From positions 305,226,001-305,290,000 of the forward strand of contig OZ024742.1 of assembly GCA_964016885.1 (NCBI GenBank): a stretch of 64,000 nucleotides of DNA. The letters are read 5' to 3'. The notes under the pieces are model-generated. The model was not told the origin of the DNA, made no database searches, and was given only the letters and a program-made list of their open reading frames with translations. Of this stretch, positions 14,355 to 29,673 are shown one piece after another (the first letter of the stretch is position 1; each line of letters starts with the position of its first letter). This DNA comes from Eledone cirrhosa. Its lineage: Eukaryota. A program made the position numbers and the translations under genes.

Positions 14355-16524
14355 TATGAGTGTGTGTAGAGAGAGAAAGAAAGAACGAAACCGTCAAACT
14401 AAGGTCAGACCGATATTTTTTAATTATTGGCAGGATGCTATGTTACAAACTTCAATTTATTGGTCTGCTGTCCAACAAACAGTATACCGTTCATATAAAA
14501 ATTAATTATAACCCGAGGGAAAACCCGATATTTGCTATATTTAAATAGTTCCTATGTATGTCTCTGCAATATTTGACAGAGAAATTCATCTCTCTTTCAT
14601 TTCATTTTTCGATAGCTGCTTTATTATTATTGTTTTATTTTTACGAAGGTAGCTAGGCATGTGAAATTTACATATATTAATCATGTATATATATTTTTGC
14701 ATATATTATTGTCTACACTTATTCTCAAATTCATTTTCTTCTGAGAGAATTATAATTACATGAAATAGAATTACTACAAAACTGTAGACGAAACATAGTC
14801 AGGTTAAAGTGTTTGCTTTGCAATAAGTACGTTTCGTTTTCGATTCGACTGCGTGGCATCTTCAGACCTGTCAACACTTCCCGTCCGACGCGGGGAGACA
14901 TCTCACCCACTTTGGGTGGGTGAATGATGTCTTCTCTTGTGAATATAGGTATAACTTTCATAATGTAAAATCTGCCTATTTTGCCACATTTCTCCCCGTT
15001 TGGGGACACTTTTTTCCATGGTACTCCCCGTTTGGGCTTTAGAGGGTGGCAGGTCTGCATCTTGGACAATTATAATTCACAAGCGTCGTTTACAAGGGCC
15101 GTTTATCATAGCCTCGGGTCGACCCAAGCCTTGTGAGTAAATTTGGATAGACCGAAACTGTTTCAAAGCCAGTTAGAATGACTTTACCTATAATTCAAAA
15201 GGTCAGCCTTGTCGCAAATTCTTTCACACTAATTCTACATGGGAATTATGATAAGGTTACACATGTCTATAGAATACTAAGCCACTTGTGTCCATGTGTC
15301 TATCTATATTGAGTATATTATTCAATCCGCCACCAAGTTTAAAACCATAACCTTTCACTTGGGAGTATGCGCAGAAAAATATCTCACCCTGTCTATCTGG
15401 CCTTTCAATATATGCGTGTATTTGTGTATAGAGAGAGAAAGAGAGAGAAAGAGAGAGGGTGGGAGAAAGAGATACGAATATATGTGTTAGTCTGTGTAGA
15501 GAGACATGCACGTGAGATAGAATGATAGAGTGAGAGAGAAAGATATATATATATAGAGAGAGAGAAAGGGGGGGGAGCGTGAAAGATAGATAGAGAGGGA
15601 GAGAGAGAGAGACAGAGAGAGAAATAAATAATAAAAGATTTGTCAATTTTCGATAGACTTCAAATCTGACGAAGTCTTCAGCTAATATATATTAACTAGC
15701 GCCGATTGAAGCCATATATGTTATAGACAGAATATCATAGTATACATCTATCTTGATGTTGCGAACTCCGAATTTTGAAAACAAAACAACAGCCTTAAAA
15801 TTCCCAGCAGGAAAATACACTGATTTTGATGATATGTTTCTAGTTACAAAGCAAAGTAACTATTATGTAAATTGCTCTCTAATCCAAAATTGCTTCAAGT
15901 CCCATTTGCCTTCTGTCCAAATTATCCGTTACTTCTTAATAGCCTGGTGTCCTAATAATTTCGAGATTATAATGTCTCGTGTCCGAAACGCTGGTTGTGT
16001 TAGATTAACTGCTAATCAAATTACTCTATGTTTAAACTGTCTACTGACCCGGTTGTTCGCAATTTAAATAATCTGTATCTAAATTAACCGCAATTTGCTT
16101 AGGGGTGGTGGAAACAGCGCTTTTGATTTCCTTTATGTTCCAAAGATTCTATGTTATATTGTCTACTTCACTTAGCCTTCTCATCTCTTCCTTCCTGTTT
16201 GTTCTATTTCTCGATTATTCTATTATTGTTATATTCTATTCTGTTGTTATTCTCAATCTCAGCACCGTAAAATATCAAACTCTTTCAGCTTCTTTTTAAT
16301 TCACGGCTTCACTACATCGACGATTTATCTGATACATACATACACATATACATACATACATAACGACATAAATACATACACACTTACATATATTTATAAC
16401 TAAATTAGACTCACACACACATACATACACACATACATGCATACATGCATACATACACACTTACATACATACACACATGCATACACACATGCATACACAC
16501 ATACATACATACATGCATGCATAC

Positions 16525-16555
<31 letters not shown>

Positions 16556-17974
16556 CATACATACATACATACATACATACATACATACATACATACATAC
16601 ATACATACAAACAAACCATTGTTTTTAAGTTGATTAATGAAATGGTGTCAGCGAACACAAAACAATTATAGTGATGCAATCCTGCAGACATATTAACTAC
16701 CAGTTCTCAATTATCCTCTTCTGCAGTGTAGTGATGTTCATACATTTCTTTGCTACTGTCGTATTCTTTACGGACGATTTTATATTGGAAACATGTCTAG
16801 TAGACTTTATACTCAAAGTTTGATTTCTAAAAAGAGCATGGCTCAGACTTCGACGATCTTGACACCCATACTAGAAAACACTGTTCCCGTTTGAATGGGA
16901 TAAGTAACTAATCCGAGTTACACGTGTTGGGACCTTTTCTGCGTTGTTAATTTTATCACTTCAGCCATAAACCAGGTTGAATTGTCATTTTAATCCGCCA
17001 AATTAGGATAGGGACATCCTATCTATCTTACGTTCTGAATTCAAATCCTGCCGTGGCCTATATGTTTGATAACCTTAATTGCTTAATATGTTTAATACTA
17101 CCCTATGGCTTTAGAAGATATTCGTGGAGTCCATTCTGGCGCTAGTATTCGGGACATGTCGCAGGTTCAAGGGTAACTTCCTCCTTCCCAGTCAGCAGTT
17201 TGGGTGGCTTTGACAAGGACGATGGTCAGTGTTGTTTATCCTTGATAAATGATTAAAAAAGTCGTCTACACTTTCATCTATCCGGGATCGATATAAAATG
17301 CATTAGTGAAGTACAAGTGTTGATTAGTTGACTATAATTAAATAGAATTCCTTAAGCAATATCAGAAATCAATAATCGTAGTAATGGGCGTGGTAAGGAC
17401 AGTATTCTTGAAATAGCATTTTTGTTTTCGAAAAATAACAAAATTGTTCTCAATTATTCAGAGGAAATATATAATGTTTTGCCGAACTAATACACTTCAA
17501 AAAGACTCTTGGTCAGGTCGTTAACGAAACAGGGTGCACATTACACCAAACATTGGTAGTTTATGGTCGAATATCACTGTAGTAGCGCCATGAATTTCAA
17601 ACTACAAAAATCTTATGTTAAAATTCAAAATCTTCTTTAGCCCAGATAAGCACTAGGGTGTCGATGTAGGCGAGTGTATAATTATCAAGATATCTGATAT
17701 TTATTTTCTATATAGATTTAAGGGAATTTAGAGTGGGTCAAATTAAAATGGTCTTCGTAGAAAACATTCAAATTTAAAAGACATGTGTTGGTAGACTATT
17801 AGCTTATCCACTTTGTCACTTCATATGTACAAATAGTAACTTTAGATATTGACCTCAAACAAAGTCTATGTTAATTGTCATGAAAACAAATGAAGGGATA
17901 TTGTCGAATCCAAGCTATCTGACGAACAGTCAGGTTTTCACCCCTGATACAACTCAGCCGACCAAATATTTACA

Positions 17975-18450
17975 CTATAGCAGGTCATTGAGAAACTGTT
18001 GGAGTATTTCAAAGAGGGGTATGCTTCTTTCGAAAAGGCATATGACCGCGTTCCAGGGGACTTGATATAAAAGGGTCTGCAGGCGTATGGGATCGATGGA
18101 CAGCTTCATGTTTCACTGATGTATCGATACGAATGTTCTTGTATCAGTGATCGGGAAAATGGTGCTAAGGCGAAAACTTTCAATACGGGAAACGGACTCA
18201 ACAACGGGTGCGTACTGTCACTTCTCCTATTCATAATCATCATGGAGAGGATTGATATGCGTAGCCGGGCTGAAAGTGGTATCATGTCTGGCGAATGTAG
18301 TGTCATTCGTTGAGAGGTCATAGCTACAGTATTACGGACCTGTTGTTAGAATATCTCTGGAAAGAATCGGGGTAAAGATTTTACGGAAAAATCCAATCGG
18401 CAGGAGACCCAGGGGTAGACACCGATCATGATGGTTAGATAATATCCATG
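17975..18450 (+). mobile_element. Decayed RTE-clade LINE reverse transcriptase fragment
   Basis: Frameshifted motifs FEKAYDRVP, LQAYGIDGQL, GLNNGCVLSLLLFIIIMERI and an RTE-type C-terminus GRRPRGRHRS*WLDNI near 18400-18445. Confidence 0.75.
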
Positions 18451-18671
18451 AGCGCAGCTGGTGACGTTTGAGAATATAATAGAAATATAAAACTCCTTGG
18501 TACAGTGAAATATATTTGAAAAAAGATAGAGTATTTTATTGCAGTGCAGCATATATTTCAGTGCACCATCTCCTGCTAATACAAGTTACACTGGGACTCA
18601 TTTGTACGATCGTACGCATATCATGCAGATTCGCTTGTTTCTAGTTCACACATATATGGTATGCTGGTATG

Positions 18672-18774
<103 letters not shown>

Positions 18775-18915
18775 TTGTTATAACTACATGGATTTACCTA
18801 ATCTAAATGTCATACTACAGATTTTTTTAGCATGAAAGTATAAATCTTCAAACATAGCGGTTGGTCTGACAATGATATATTTACATATTTACGTATCTTG
18901 GTATTTATCTACCAA

Positions 18916-19018
<103 letters not shown>

Positions 19019-19251
19019 ACAGCATACACTTGCTTTTATGTTTGTATATTCAAATCTGTGCGTTTTGATGTATTTTAATGTGTGTGTTTGTGTGTGTGTG
19101 TGACTGTTTACGTGTATATGTGTAACTTACTTGCCAATTGTACATGTTTATATCCATGCATTAACTAATGTCATATGAACTAATCCGTATTTCGGATTGT
19201 TTCCCTCCTATTTCTTTTCAGCTTTCTTTCTTCTTCTTTCTCTTCATCACA

Positions 19252-19337
<86 letters not shown>

Positions 19338-19381
19338 TCCCCCCTCTCTCTCTTTCACTCACACACACACACACGCACACA

Positions 19382-19422
<41 letters not shown>

Positions 19423-20259
19423 CTCTCTTCTATCTCTATCTCTCTCCATCATTCTATTCTACCCTTCTCACTCTTTCTTTCACTCTCTTGCTATTATTCC
19501 ATGTATTTGGTTCTGTGATCAAATAGTTGTGTGTTTGTACGAACGTGTATTTATTAGTGCGTGTATTTTCGAAGGAACTGAATAAACACACGGAAATCTA
19601 TATGACAGAGATTATGAGTCGATTAAAGCAATCAGTGAATCCATATGCTCCCTCGTTTAATCCGTATATGGATCAAAGATTAACATTACGTGCTAGGGAT
19701 TACCGCTTAAATCCAGTCTCTGCAATCCGAGATAAAAACGTCCTGTTTACAAAGGTTTGCATTCAGCTATGTTGCTGTTCTATGTATGTGTTCTATGTAT
19801 CTACTAGTCTGTTCCTTTCTTTCATGATTAAGCGTGAGTATCATAGTACAGTTTACTATATGAACCTATATGCAAATATAATTAAACCACTAACCGCTTA
19901 TTGTATACATATGTGTGGCTAAGTTTAGTTTCTGAATATATAAACTTAGATGTGTTTAGGGATGTGTGCTTATATGCGTAAATGTTGATGCACACCCATA
20001 TATATATATATATATATTTATATTAAACATATGGAATAGAAATCCGTCGGTTTCAACGATTAGTGTTTCAGTTGTTTATTCAAATGAACAACTTCCTCGA
20101 GGTATTTAGGTGGAATGGGCTTAGGGTTCCACAGACATGTACTCTTAAAGAGATTCACAGGGGCATTAAGTTCTATAGGGCTGTCTAGTTGAATTACATA
20201 TAGAGTTCATCCAAAGGGTTCCTTAACAGTTTGCCCAATATATATATATGTTAAGGGAC

Positions 20260-20318
<59 letters not shown>

Positions 20319-20325
<7 letters not shown>

Positions 20326-20419
20326 CCCATGAAAATATTTATTTAAAAAAGGCAGCGGAAAATCCTTTTCATACTGAAACTGGTGCCGCTTGTTGTAAGA
20401 TATTACATAAAAACTGACA

Positions 20420-20479
<60 letters not shown>

Positions 20480-20548
20480 TGTCAATACTATGGTGTGAAA
20501 AGGATTTTCCGCTGCCTTTTTTAAATAAATATTTTCATGGGAATTTTT
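20319..20548. repeat. Inverted repeat (~53 bp arms) with a nested tgacactg-(TA)n-cagtgtca palindrome
   Basis: aaattcccatgaaaatatttatttaaaaaaggcagcggaaaatccttttca versus its reverse complement at 20496-20546. Confidence 0.9.
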
Positions 20549-22143
20549 CTGGTGATGTTTTCTTTTGTATGCCCGGTTTTCACGAGTTTACAAGGAGAAC
20601 AAGATTGGTGGAGAGGTTTCATTCATTTATCGTTGAAAGTACTAAATATATTTCTAAATCGGTGTAATTCTAATTAGAAAAAAAAATATGAATGAGAAAA
20701 GGAAACTGAGAAAAACAAAAGCGAAAATAAATAAAGAACTCATACTTTTATTTCTTATCTCATGAAATTTCGAAGCTATGGCCCCGTTTTTACGCGCATA
20801 TGCATAGAGACAGATGGAATACTTTGAAATAGATTTTGCCGAAAATTGTATTCAACTTGATCGAATATGTAAGATGATTTCTCGTTGGGACAGAGCCTTT
20901 CGTGGCCCTAGAACACCAAGTAAATGTACTTAAAAGAGCTCAATCTTTAACTGGGGGCAATAAAGATTTGGTGTATGGTATTTAAACTTTATGTGGATGA
21001 CATTTGGATGAGACAGATTCGGAAACAAGAGTACCTTCTACCTGGAAGTAGTCATTGCTGGTAAGGATGGTAGATGTGTTGACACATACTAAGAAGAGTG
21101 CTGAAAACACATGATGTCCGAATTATCCACACAATTGATAACTTGTTCATTGAATCCGAAGTCCTTGTCTAGGGAAAGTTTCATATATCTTGCGTATTCA
21201 TATATAATCTCTTCCGACCACTTGCATCATTTGATCGAAAATTTAGAATATTGATGTTGATACGAGGAACACTTGTACAAACTCCCCAGCTATTTTGTTT
21301 TGCATAACATATTCCAATATATATATTGTTTATCGGTTTCATGTGTTTGTTTTAAAATTTATACTTGTAGAAGAAAGATGTTTAAATCAATTGAAATCAC
21401 ACTGCAGCTTTTATCAATACTATAGGTATTATATATATTTAGTATTTCAATAGTCACATTGAAACCTCTAAAAATCAGATTGTAACATATATATTCACTA
21501 TAATCATATCCTTCTTCTGTGTGAGAAAAATCCGGTCATTTCATCAGGAGAGGCATGGCACTAAACAAATATAATCACAATGTCGTATTTGACAAATTTA
21601 TTAGCTGTCTAGAAGCAACAGTTTCAGTTCAAGTCAATATAATTTGTATAAAATCTTTGATATAAAATAATTCAGTAGTTCTTGTATTTTCGAGCAGCAT
21701 GGTTGTTTTGATAGTACACACACATTTTACGTTATCTAGTTAGCTCATTGCTGACGTTTCCACTAATAGTTTTAAAAAAGCAACAACAAGAAATTGAGGT
21801 TTGATTCAATTAATATTTTAGATAATTTAAAGTTAATCAATTTAAATGCATTTACAGTAAACATTCTTTTATGAATAAAGTAAACAAACGTTTAGTGTAT
21901 ATGAATTTACGAATGAGCAAAGTAATATAATTCCGCTCACTACACCATAATGTTAAATAGCTTTCTTAAGAAAGAAAATTCATCTATATATATCAAAGTG
22001 AAGTGTATTTTGTACCCATGGTTTCTCAGGCAAATCATTAACATTATGTTATAGATTTCGAAAATGTTTTCAAATTTATTCTCAACAATGTTTTGATTCT
22101 CGTTATTTGCTTATTTGTAATCTTCTGTTTAATCTAAACCAAG

Positions 22144-22308
<165 letters not shown>

Positions 22309-22380
22309 AGTATATGCATATATATATTTGTATATATGTATATATATATATGTATGTATGTATATATATATATATATATA

Positions 22381-22765
22381 TATAAACGTTTGAATATGTG
22401 TAATAAAGCCAAAGCAATGCAGGTATGGACATAGAAAAAATAATGCAATTGTAAAAGATATTGTTGACAATTCGCCTTTACCTTAGATTTATTTAAATGT
22501 CCTTAATTTTCGAGATAATATCTCTTCTTCAGAGGGAAATAAAGGTCTCAAACCAGCGTTCTAAATATCTTGGCAAGATATTTAGAACGCTGTTTTGAGA
22601 CCTTTATTTCCCTCTGAAGAAGAGATATTATCTCGAAAATTAAGGACATTTAAATAAATCTAAGGTAAAGGCGAATTGTCAACAATATCTTTTACAATTG
22701 CATTATTTTTTCTATGTCCATACCTGCATTGTTTTGGCTTTATTACACATATTCAAACGTTTATA
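22381..22765. repeat. Near-perfect palindrome, 192 bp arms, 1 nt loop (22573), between (TA)n tracts
   Basis: Centre aaatatcttg-g-caagatattt; two mismatches seen; contains CTGAAGA-agagatattatctc-GAAA at 22614-22638. Confidence 0.95.
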
Positions 22766-22803
22766 CCTCATTACACAATGCTTCAAGTGAACTATAACCT
22801 CCT

Positions 22804-22847
<44 letters not shown>

Positions 22848-22901
22848 CGGAAAAAATGAAACGAAATTTCATTTCCCACTCTTAGTACGGCTGTTACTTA
22901 A

Positions 22902-23328
22902 ATATAAGTATGTCCACGTACATACATATATGTATACAGACGTACAGTAGTATGTATATATATATACATACATGCACACATATATATATATGTACGTATG
23001 GATTCACCGAACATTTATTATAATGCTCGGTGTGTTTGTAAACAAACATCCCGTATTAAGCCGTAGTGTCTAGCAATCATCGTTGCTCGTTTGTTCAACA
23101 CTGACAAAGGAAACTAGTACACCGTTCCTTTGTCAGTGTTGAACAAACGAGCAACGATGGTTGCTAGACACTACGGCTTAATACGGGATGTTTGTTTACA
23201 AACACACCGAGCATTATACTAAATGTTCGGTGAATCCATACGTACATATATATATATGTGTGCATGTATGTATATATATATACATACTACTGTACGTCTG
23301 TATACATATATGTATATACGTGTACATA

Positions 23329-23334
<6 letters not shown>
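22902..23334. repeat. Near-perfect inverted repeat, ~210 bp arms, 12 nt loop
   Basis: ...caacactgacaaaggaa-actagtacaccg-ttcctttgtcagtgttg...; a few mismatches. Confidence 0.95.
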
Positions 23335-23396
<62 letters not shown>

Positions 23397-23578
23397 CTCT
23401 CTTGTGTTGTTATTTTAATTTTATCCTTTATACTCTTCCCTTCATTCTACACATCTCACACATCTTATACACACCACGCATCTCAACGTACACCCACTTA
23501 CATCTCTCTCTACCACCACCTGACCTTGATACCCGGAGATTTAACCATTAGCATTGTCGAGGCTTCCAAACGACTTAA

Positions 23579-23644
<66 letters not shown>

Positions 23645-23735
23645 CGAAAGATTAATAATATTCATTGATTACGCAATGAATATAGTTTTACAATAGATTA
23701 AAAGCACTCTACAAAGAAGTTTTCTGGAGTTAGTA

Positions 23736-24582
23736 ATATTATTCAAAATATTAATAGATGAATACGTTCACATAATCAAAATATATGTTTTATTATATAT
23801 ATGTCGGAGGTAGTGTGCTGCTTTTTCAGTACGCCCTCATCAGATAAAATATATGAATTGATGTATGACACCTCAACGGTCTTGATGGTTCAATTCCAGT
23901 ATTGGCAGTGATTTATTACAACAAATCTCAATATTTATATACACAAATAATAACATGATAAACTTAAATATGATGAAGAAGAGGATGTGGAGCGAGATGT
24001 AGGTAAAAGGAGGGGGTGAGTATGAGGAAATGTAAGAAGAAATGAAGAGAGAGAGATAGAAGAGAAGAGAGATGAAGAGAGAAAAAATAAGATAATATAG
24101 AAGAAGAGGAGAGAGAGAGAAGAGGGAAGACGTAACTGCAAAAAGGAATCTTTCTTTCATTCTTTCCTTTTTGCGGTTACGTCTTCCCTCTTCTCTCTCT
24201 CTCTCCTCTTCTTCTATATTATCTTATTTTTTCTCTCTTCATCTCTCTTCTCTTCTATCTCTCTCTCTCTCTTCATTTCTTCTTACATTTCCTCATACTC
24301 ACCCCCTCCTTTTACCTACATCTCGCTCCACATCCTCTTCTTCATCATATTTAAGTTTATCATGTTATTATTTGTGTATATAAATATTGAGATTTGTTGT
24401 AATAAATCACTGCCAATACTGGAATTAAACCATCAAGACCGTTGAGGTGTCATACATCAATTCATATATTTTATCTGATGAGGGCGTACTGAAAAAGCAG
24501 CACACTACCTCCGACATATATATAATAAAACATATATTTTGATTATGTGAACGTATTCATCTATTAATATTTTGAATAATAT
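23736..24582. repeat. Inverted repeat, ~415 bp arms, 15 nt loop; Penelope pLTR-derived
   Basis: Arms 23736-24148 and 24164-24582; CTGATGA-gggcgtact-GAAA at 24475-24494; homologous to the 3' end of the 43-45 kb element. Confidence 0.95.
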
Positions 24583-24784
24583 ATAAATATATATACACAG
24601 TATATTAATAAATGGAAACTATATTTATAAAACCATAATTATATATATTTCAAGGGCGACCAAGGGTAATTATGGTGCGCTTTCCATTTATTAATATATT
24701 GTATATTTACTCCACTAACTTGTTGAGTGCTTTATAACAGTTATAAAAAATGTTGAATCCCAACAAATTAAATATAACCTCTGC

Positions 24785-24825
<41 letters not shown>

Positions 24826-25351
24826 AAAATACAAATAAAAATAAATTATCGAGAATCGGAACTTCGGCCCACAAAATAACGAAACACAATCTTCGAAATG
24901 TATGGCAAAGTGCTCAATAGTTCGGATAAACCAGAGCCATAACTAACGTTTAATACCAACACACTGAGACGATGCTTAAACAATCATTCGCACAGCCAAA
25001 AATACGACCAAGAAAATTTTGGGTCAGACAAATAAAAATATATATGAATGAAAAATACAGGTGTAGGTACAAACAAATAAACATGAGAACACGGTGATTA
25101 AAAATAGTGTATTTGGCTATGAGATTGTGTTCTGTATATTGCGATTATCTAGTGCATATTCTTGTATGCATACTTCAGTTGTTAGAGTACGGGATATTTC
25201 TTCGGTGTTCCTGCGTTCTCAATTCAAACGCTACCGAAGTCCACGTTGCTTTTCATCTTTTCAGGCTCGATAAAAGAAGTACAAGTCCACACATCCTGTC
25301 GCTCTCTCATCCTCTTTCTCTTTATATATTCATACATATATGTGTGTGTGT

Positions 25352-25452
<101 letters not shown>

Positions 25453-25510
25453 TCCTTCTCTCTCTATTTCAGCTTTCTCTCCATCTATCCATCTGTCAAT
25501 CTGCTACACA

Positions 25511-25588
<78 letters not shown>

Positions 25589-25611
25589 ATCTCTCTCTCT
25601 CTGTCTGTCTC

Positions 25612-25690
<79 letters not shown>

Positions 25691-26646
25691 AACAATCACA
25701 ACCAGAATGTTTCGCTGGAGTAATAGAAGGAATGTCCAGTGAGAGTCTGTATCTGCTCGAGAGTGATGGGTGGCTAAAACACTCAACGAAAGCAGGGTAA
25801 ACACAACCAAGACATACCCGGCAGCGAGTGACGCCTGTAGTTTAGTGTTATATATTTATATATTTCTGTTTACGGTGAGGAAACTATGTATGTCTGTATA
25901 TGTTTGCGGATGGCTATGAATACATTTATATATGTAGATATTATATACATGTATATGTAAGTGTGTGTATGTACGTGTATGTCTAAATAAGTATGTATAT
26001 ACTCGTATATATATATGTATGTGTGTGTGTGTGTGTGTATGAGTAAGTGTGCGTGCGTGTGTGTGCGTGCTTATGTGCGTGTGGGTGTGTGTGGGTGATT
26101 TTTTGTTTGTGTGTGCTGCATATCAAATAATCAAAATATAAAATATATATAAAGAACTATGTTTATTACATTCCATAAATGCAAATATATCTTATATATT
26201 TTATTGAGCACTTTGTTTTCGGTGTAATATCCACATTTGTCGAACTAAATATAGATGTACTTGGCTAGTTTAGCAGGTATTAGTTGATGTGTGTGTGTGC
26301 AATTTCAGATATTTTCTATTGAGTGGTGTAAACATGTGCCTGTGGATGTGAAGTAGAGAGTGTACTAGTGAATACTAAAGTGTTATATACTTTTGTAGCG
26401 ACATTTACACGCCATACACTCTTTATGTGTGTTACATTGCTTCTGAGGTGTGAGCTGTGTGTATGTGTGTGTGTGTGTGCGTGTGCGTGGGGGGGGGGGG
26501 GCATGTGTGTTGGGAGGGTGCGTATGTGCGTGTGTGTCTTTCTTTAAACTCACGTGTCCTGAATCCCCAAAGTGAGGTGTACGCTTTGCAGGGGGAAATA
26601 TAGCAACGATGTAACAGTATAGAACTGAAGAACTGGAGAGAGATAC

Positions 26647-26681
<35 letters not shown>

Positions 26682-26694
26682 TAGAGAGAGAGAG

Positions 26695-26848
<154 letters not shown>

Positions 26849-27062
26849 TGTGTGTGTGTGTGTGAAGTAGTAGTAGTAGATTGACAGATGGATAGATGGA
26901 GAGAAAGATTAAATAGAGAGAGAAAGAGAGAGACATATATATATATATATATATATAAAGAGAAAGGGGGGCAGGGAGAGAGAGACGAGGTGTGTATGTG
27001 TGAGAGAGAGAGAGAGAGAGAGAGAGTGAGAGAGAGAGAGAGAGACAAAGAGAAAGAGTGAG

Positions 27063-27096
<34 letters not shown>

Positions 27097-27111
27097 GGAT
27101 AGAGAGAGAGA

Positions 27112-27170
<59 letters not shown>

Positions 27171-27620
27171 CGGGAGGCAGGTGAAGGAAGATGATGGAAT
27201 TAGGGTGTTGGTTTGTGAACACACATGATGCAAGGGATAATTTCAAAGATGAACACCTCGATCGAGGTGGCAAAAGTTCAAGAAAATAGGTTCCCAATAT
27301 TGAAGAACATTCAGGAAGCTAGACAATTTAGCAGCTCTGTTTCTTTCTCTACGGTTGCTTAATGGTGAAGGGGAAGAAGATATTGGTCTTCAACAAACTC
27401 ATCATGCTTTTACTACTTACCTCTTTTCTTTCCTTCTTTTTTTTCTTTCTTTCTTTCTTTGTTTCTTTGTTTCTTTGTTTCTTTCATTATTCTTTCTTTC
27501 TTTATTCTTTCTTTTCTTCCTTTCTTTCTTTCTTCTTTTCTTTTTTCTTTCTTTCTTTCTTTCTTCCCTTCTTTCTTGCTTTCTTTCTTCCTTTCTTTCC
27601 TCTTTTTCTTCTTCTTTTTT

Positions 27621-27656
<36 letters not shown>

Positions 27657-27774
27657 ATCTCTCTTTCCTCTTTTCTTTTTTCTTCTTTTCTTTCTCTTTT
27701 CTTTCTTTCTTCACTTCTTTCTTTGTTTCTTCTTCTTTTCTCCCTTTCCTTAGTTTCTATCTGTAATTTTTCTC

Positions 27775-28244
27775 GGGAGATGGCAGTATCAGTAGAGCGT
27801 CAGACAACATACTTTACGGCATAGAGGTTTACACATCTGAGTTCAAATCCTACCGAGGTTGGCTTTGTCTTTCATCTTTACAGGGTCGTAAAATAAAGTA
27901 CCATTAATACACTGGGGTCGATTTAATTGACTACCACCTCCCCAAAAATTGTTGGCCTTGTGCTTATATAAGAAACCAGTATTTCTTCTTTCCTTAATCC
28001 CTTTCTTTTATTATTCTTGCTACCGTTAGGACGGTGGATTGGCAGAATCGTTAGAGCGTCGGGCAACATGCTTTGCAGCATTGAGTTACGGCCCTTTACG
28101 ATCTGAGTTCAAATCCCGCCGAGGTTAACTTTGCCTTTCATCTTACGGGGTTGATAAAATAAAGTACCAATCACGTACTGGGGTGGATTTAATCGACTTT
28201 CCCCTCCCCCAAAATGACTGGCCTTGTGCGATATAAAAAAAAAC
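27775..28244 (+). mobile_element. Two SINE family 1 copies (27775-27984; 28027-28244 with 17 bp TSD)
   Basis: Family motifs; TSD attattcttkctaccgt at 28010-28026 and 28245-28261. Confidence 0.87.
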
Positions 28245-29072
28245 ATTATTCTTTCTACCGTCTCTTCACTCGTTCTTTGTTCGTCCTTTCATTATTCTCT
28301 CAATTCTGTCCTTCATTCATTCTTTCGTTTTAATTCTTTTTTCATTTCCTTCTTTTTATAACCTTTCTTCCTCTATTCCTCATACTCTCACACATTTCAT
28401 TCTTTCTTCCTTTATTTAATTATTTTTTCTTTTATTTATTTAACTATTCCTATAAAGTATCATAGATGTGAATGAATGTTGATAGAGAGTTAAGGTAATT
28501 TCTACGATTATTGGAACCTCTAAATGTCTACATTAAGTCTCGGTCGATCCAATTTCAACCAATGTGGTAATTCTTCATTTATTTCAGATATTGCTATATT
28601 TATTTCTTTATATTTTTTCATTCCTTGTACTCTGAATTCATTGTAAAGTTCAAAAGGTGGTGTCAGTTGAAACCTGGTTGTACCCAAACGTGGTATAGAA
28701 TGCTATACCTGTGCCTCCGATTGAGTGTTAACGTGGTCCGTGACGATCCGTCCAAACCATGTTAGGAAAGAAAACGAACGTTAAATTATGATGATCGTTT
28801 CTGTATTATACTTGTATTATACTTGTACGGTTAAATAGACGTGTATATGTGTGCTTGTATAACTGTGATAACTTTTGATGCGTTTCGACCAGTAATGGCC
28901 CAGGCCATGTCTAAGTTAATTGCACCACATGGCAAAATGTATATATCTGTTTAAATATACATGCTAGACCATATATGTTCCGGAGCATTACAGTAAGTCT
29001 TACAATTTACATATTTTGTGCCTGTTTCGCTAGCCCTACACTCACAAACACACGCACACATATACATACATA

Positions 29073-29341
<269 letters not shown>

Positions 29342-29496
29342 ATGTGTGTGTGTGTGTGTGTTCATACATACGTACGTGCGCTTCTAGGTGATGTTTCTGA
29401 ATTTGAAAACTATAATGATAATTTCGGTGTGGAAATTGAGATAGTCTCATTAGAGTGAAGTTTTTCGACTTACTAGATTTAGAATGGATGTGTGTA

Positions 29497-29563
<67 letters not shown>

Positions 29564-29564
29564 A

Positions 29565-29611
<47 letters not shown>

Positions 29612-29612
29612 A

Positions 29613-29673
<61 letters not shown>

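Noticed and set aside
20780-21300. Coding-like minus-strand stretch
   Set aside because: Stops and no recognisable motif; cannot be assigned without a database search.
22381-24582. Palindromes as pure assembly or fold-back read artefacts
   Set aside because: Arm mismatches, shared end points between independent copies and a one-arm SINE insertion at 58 kb argue for genomic origin; not fully excluded for the most perfect ones.
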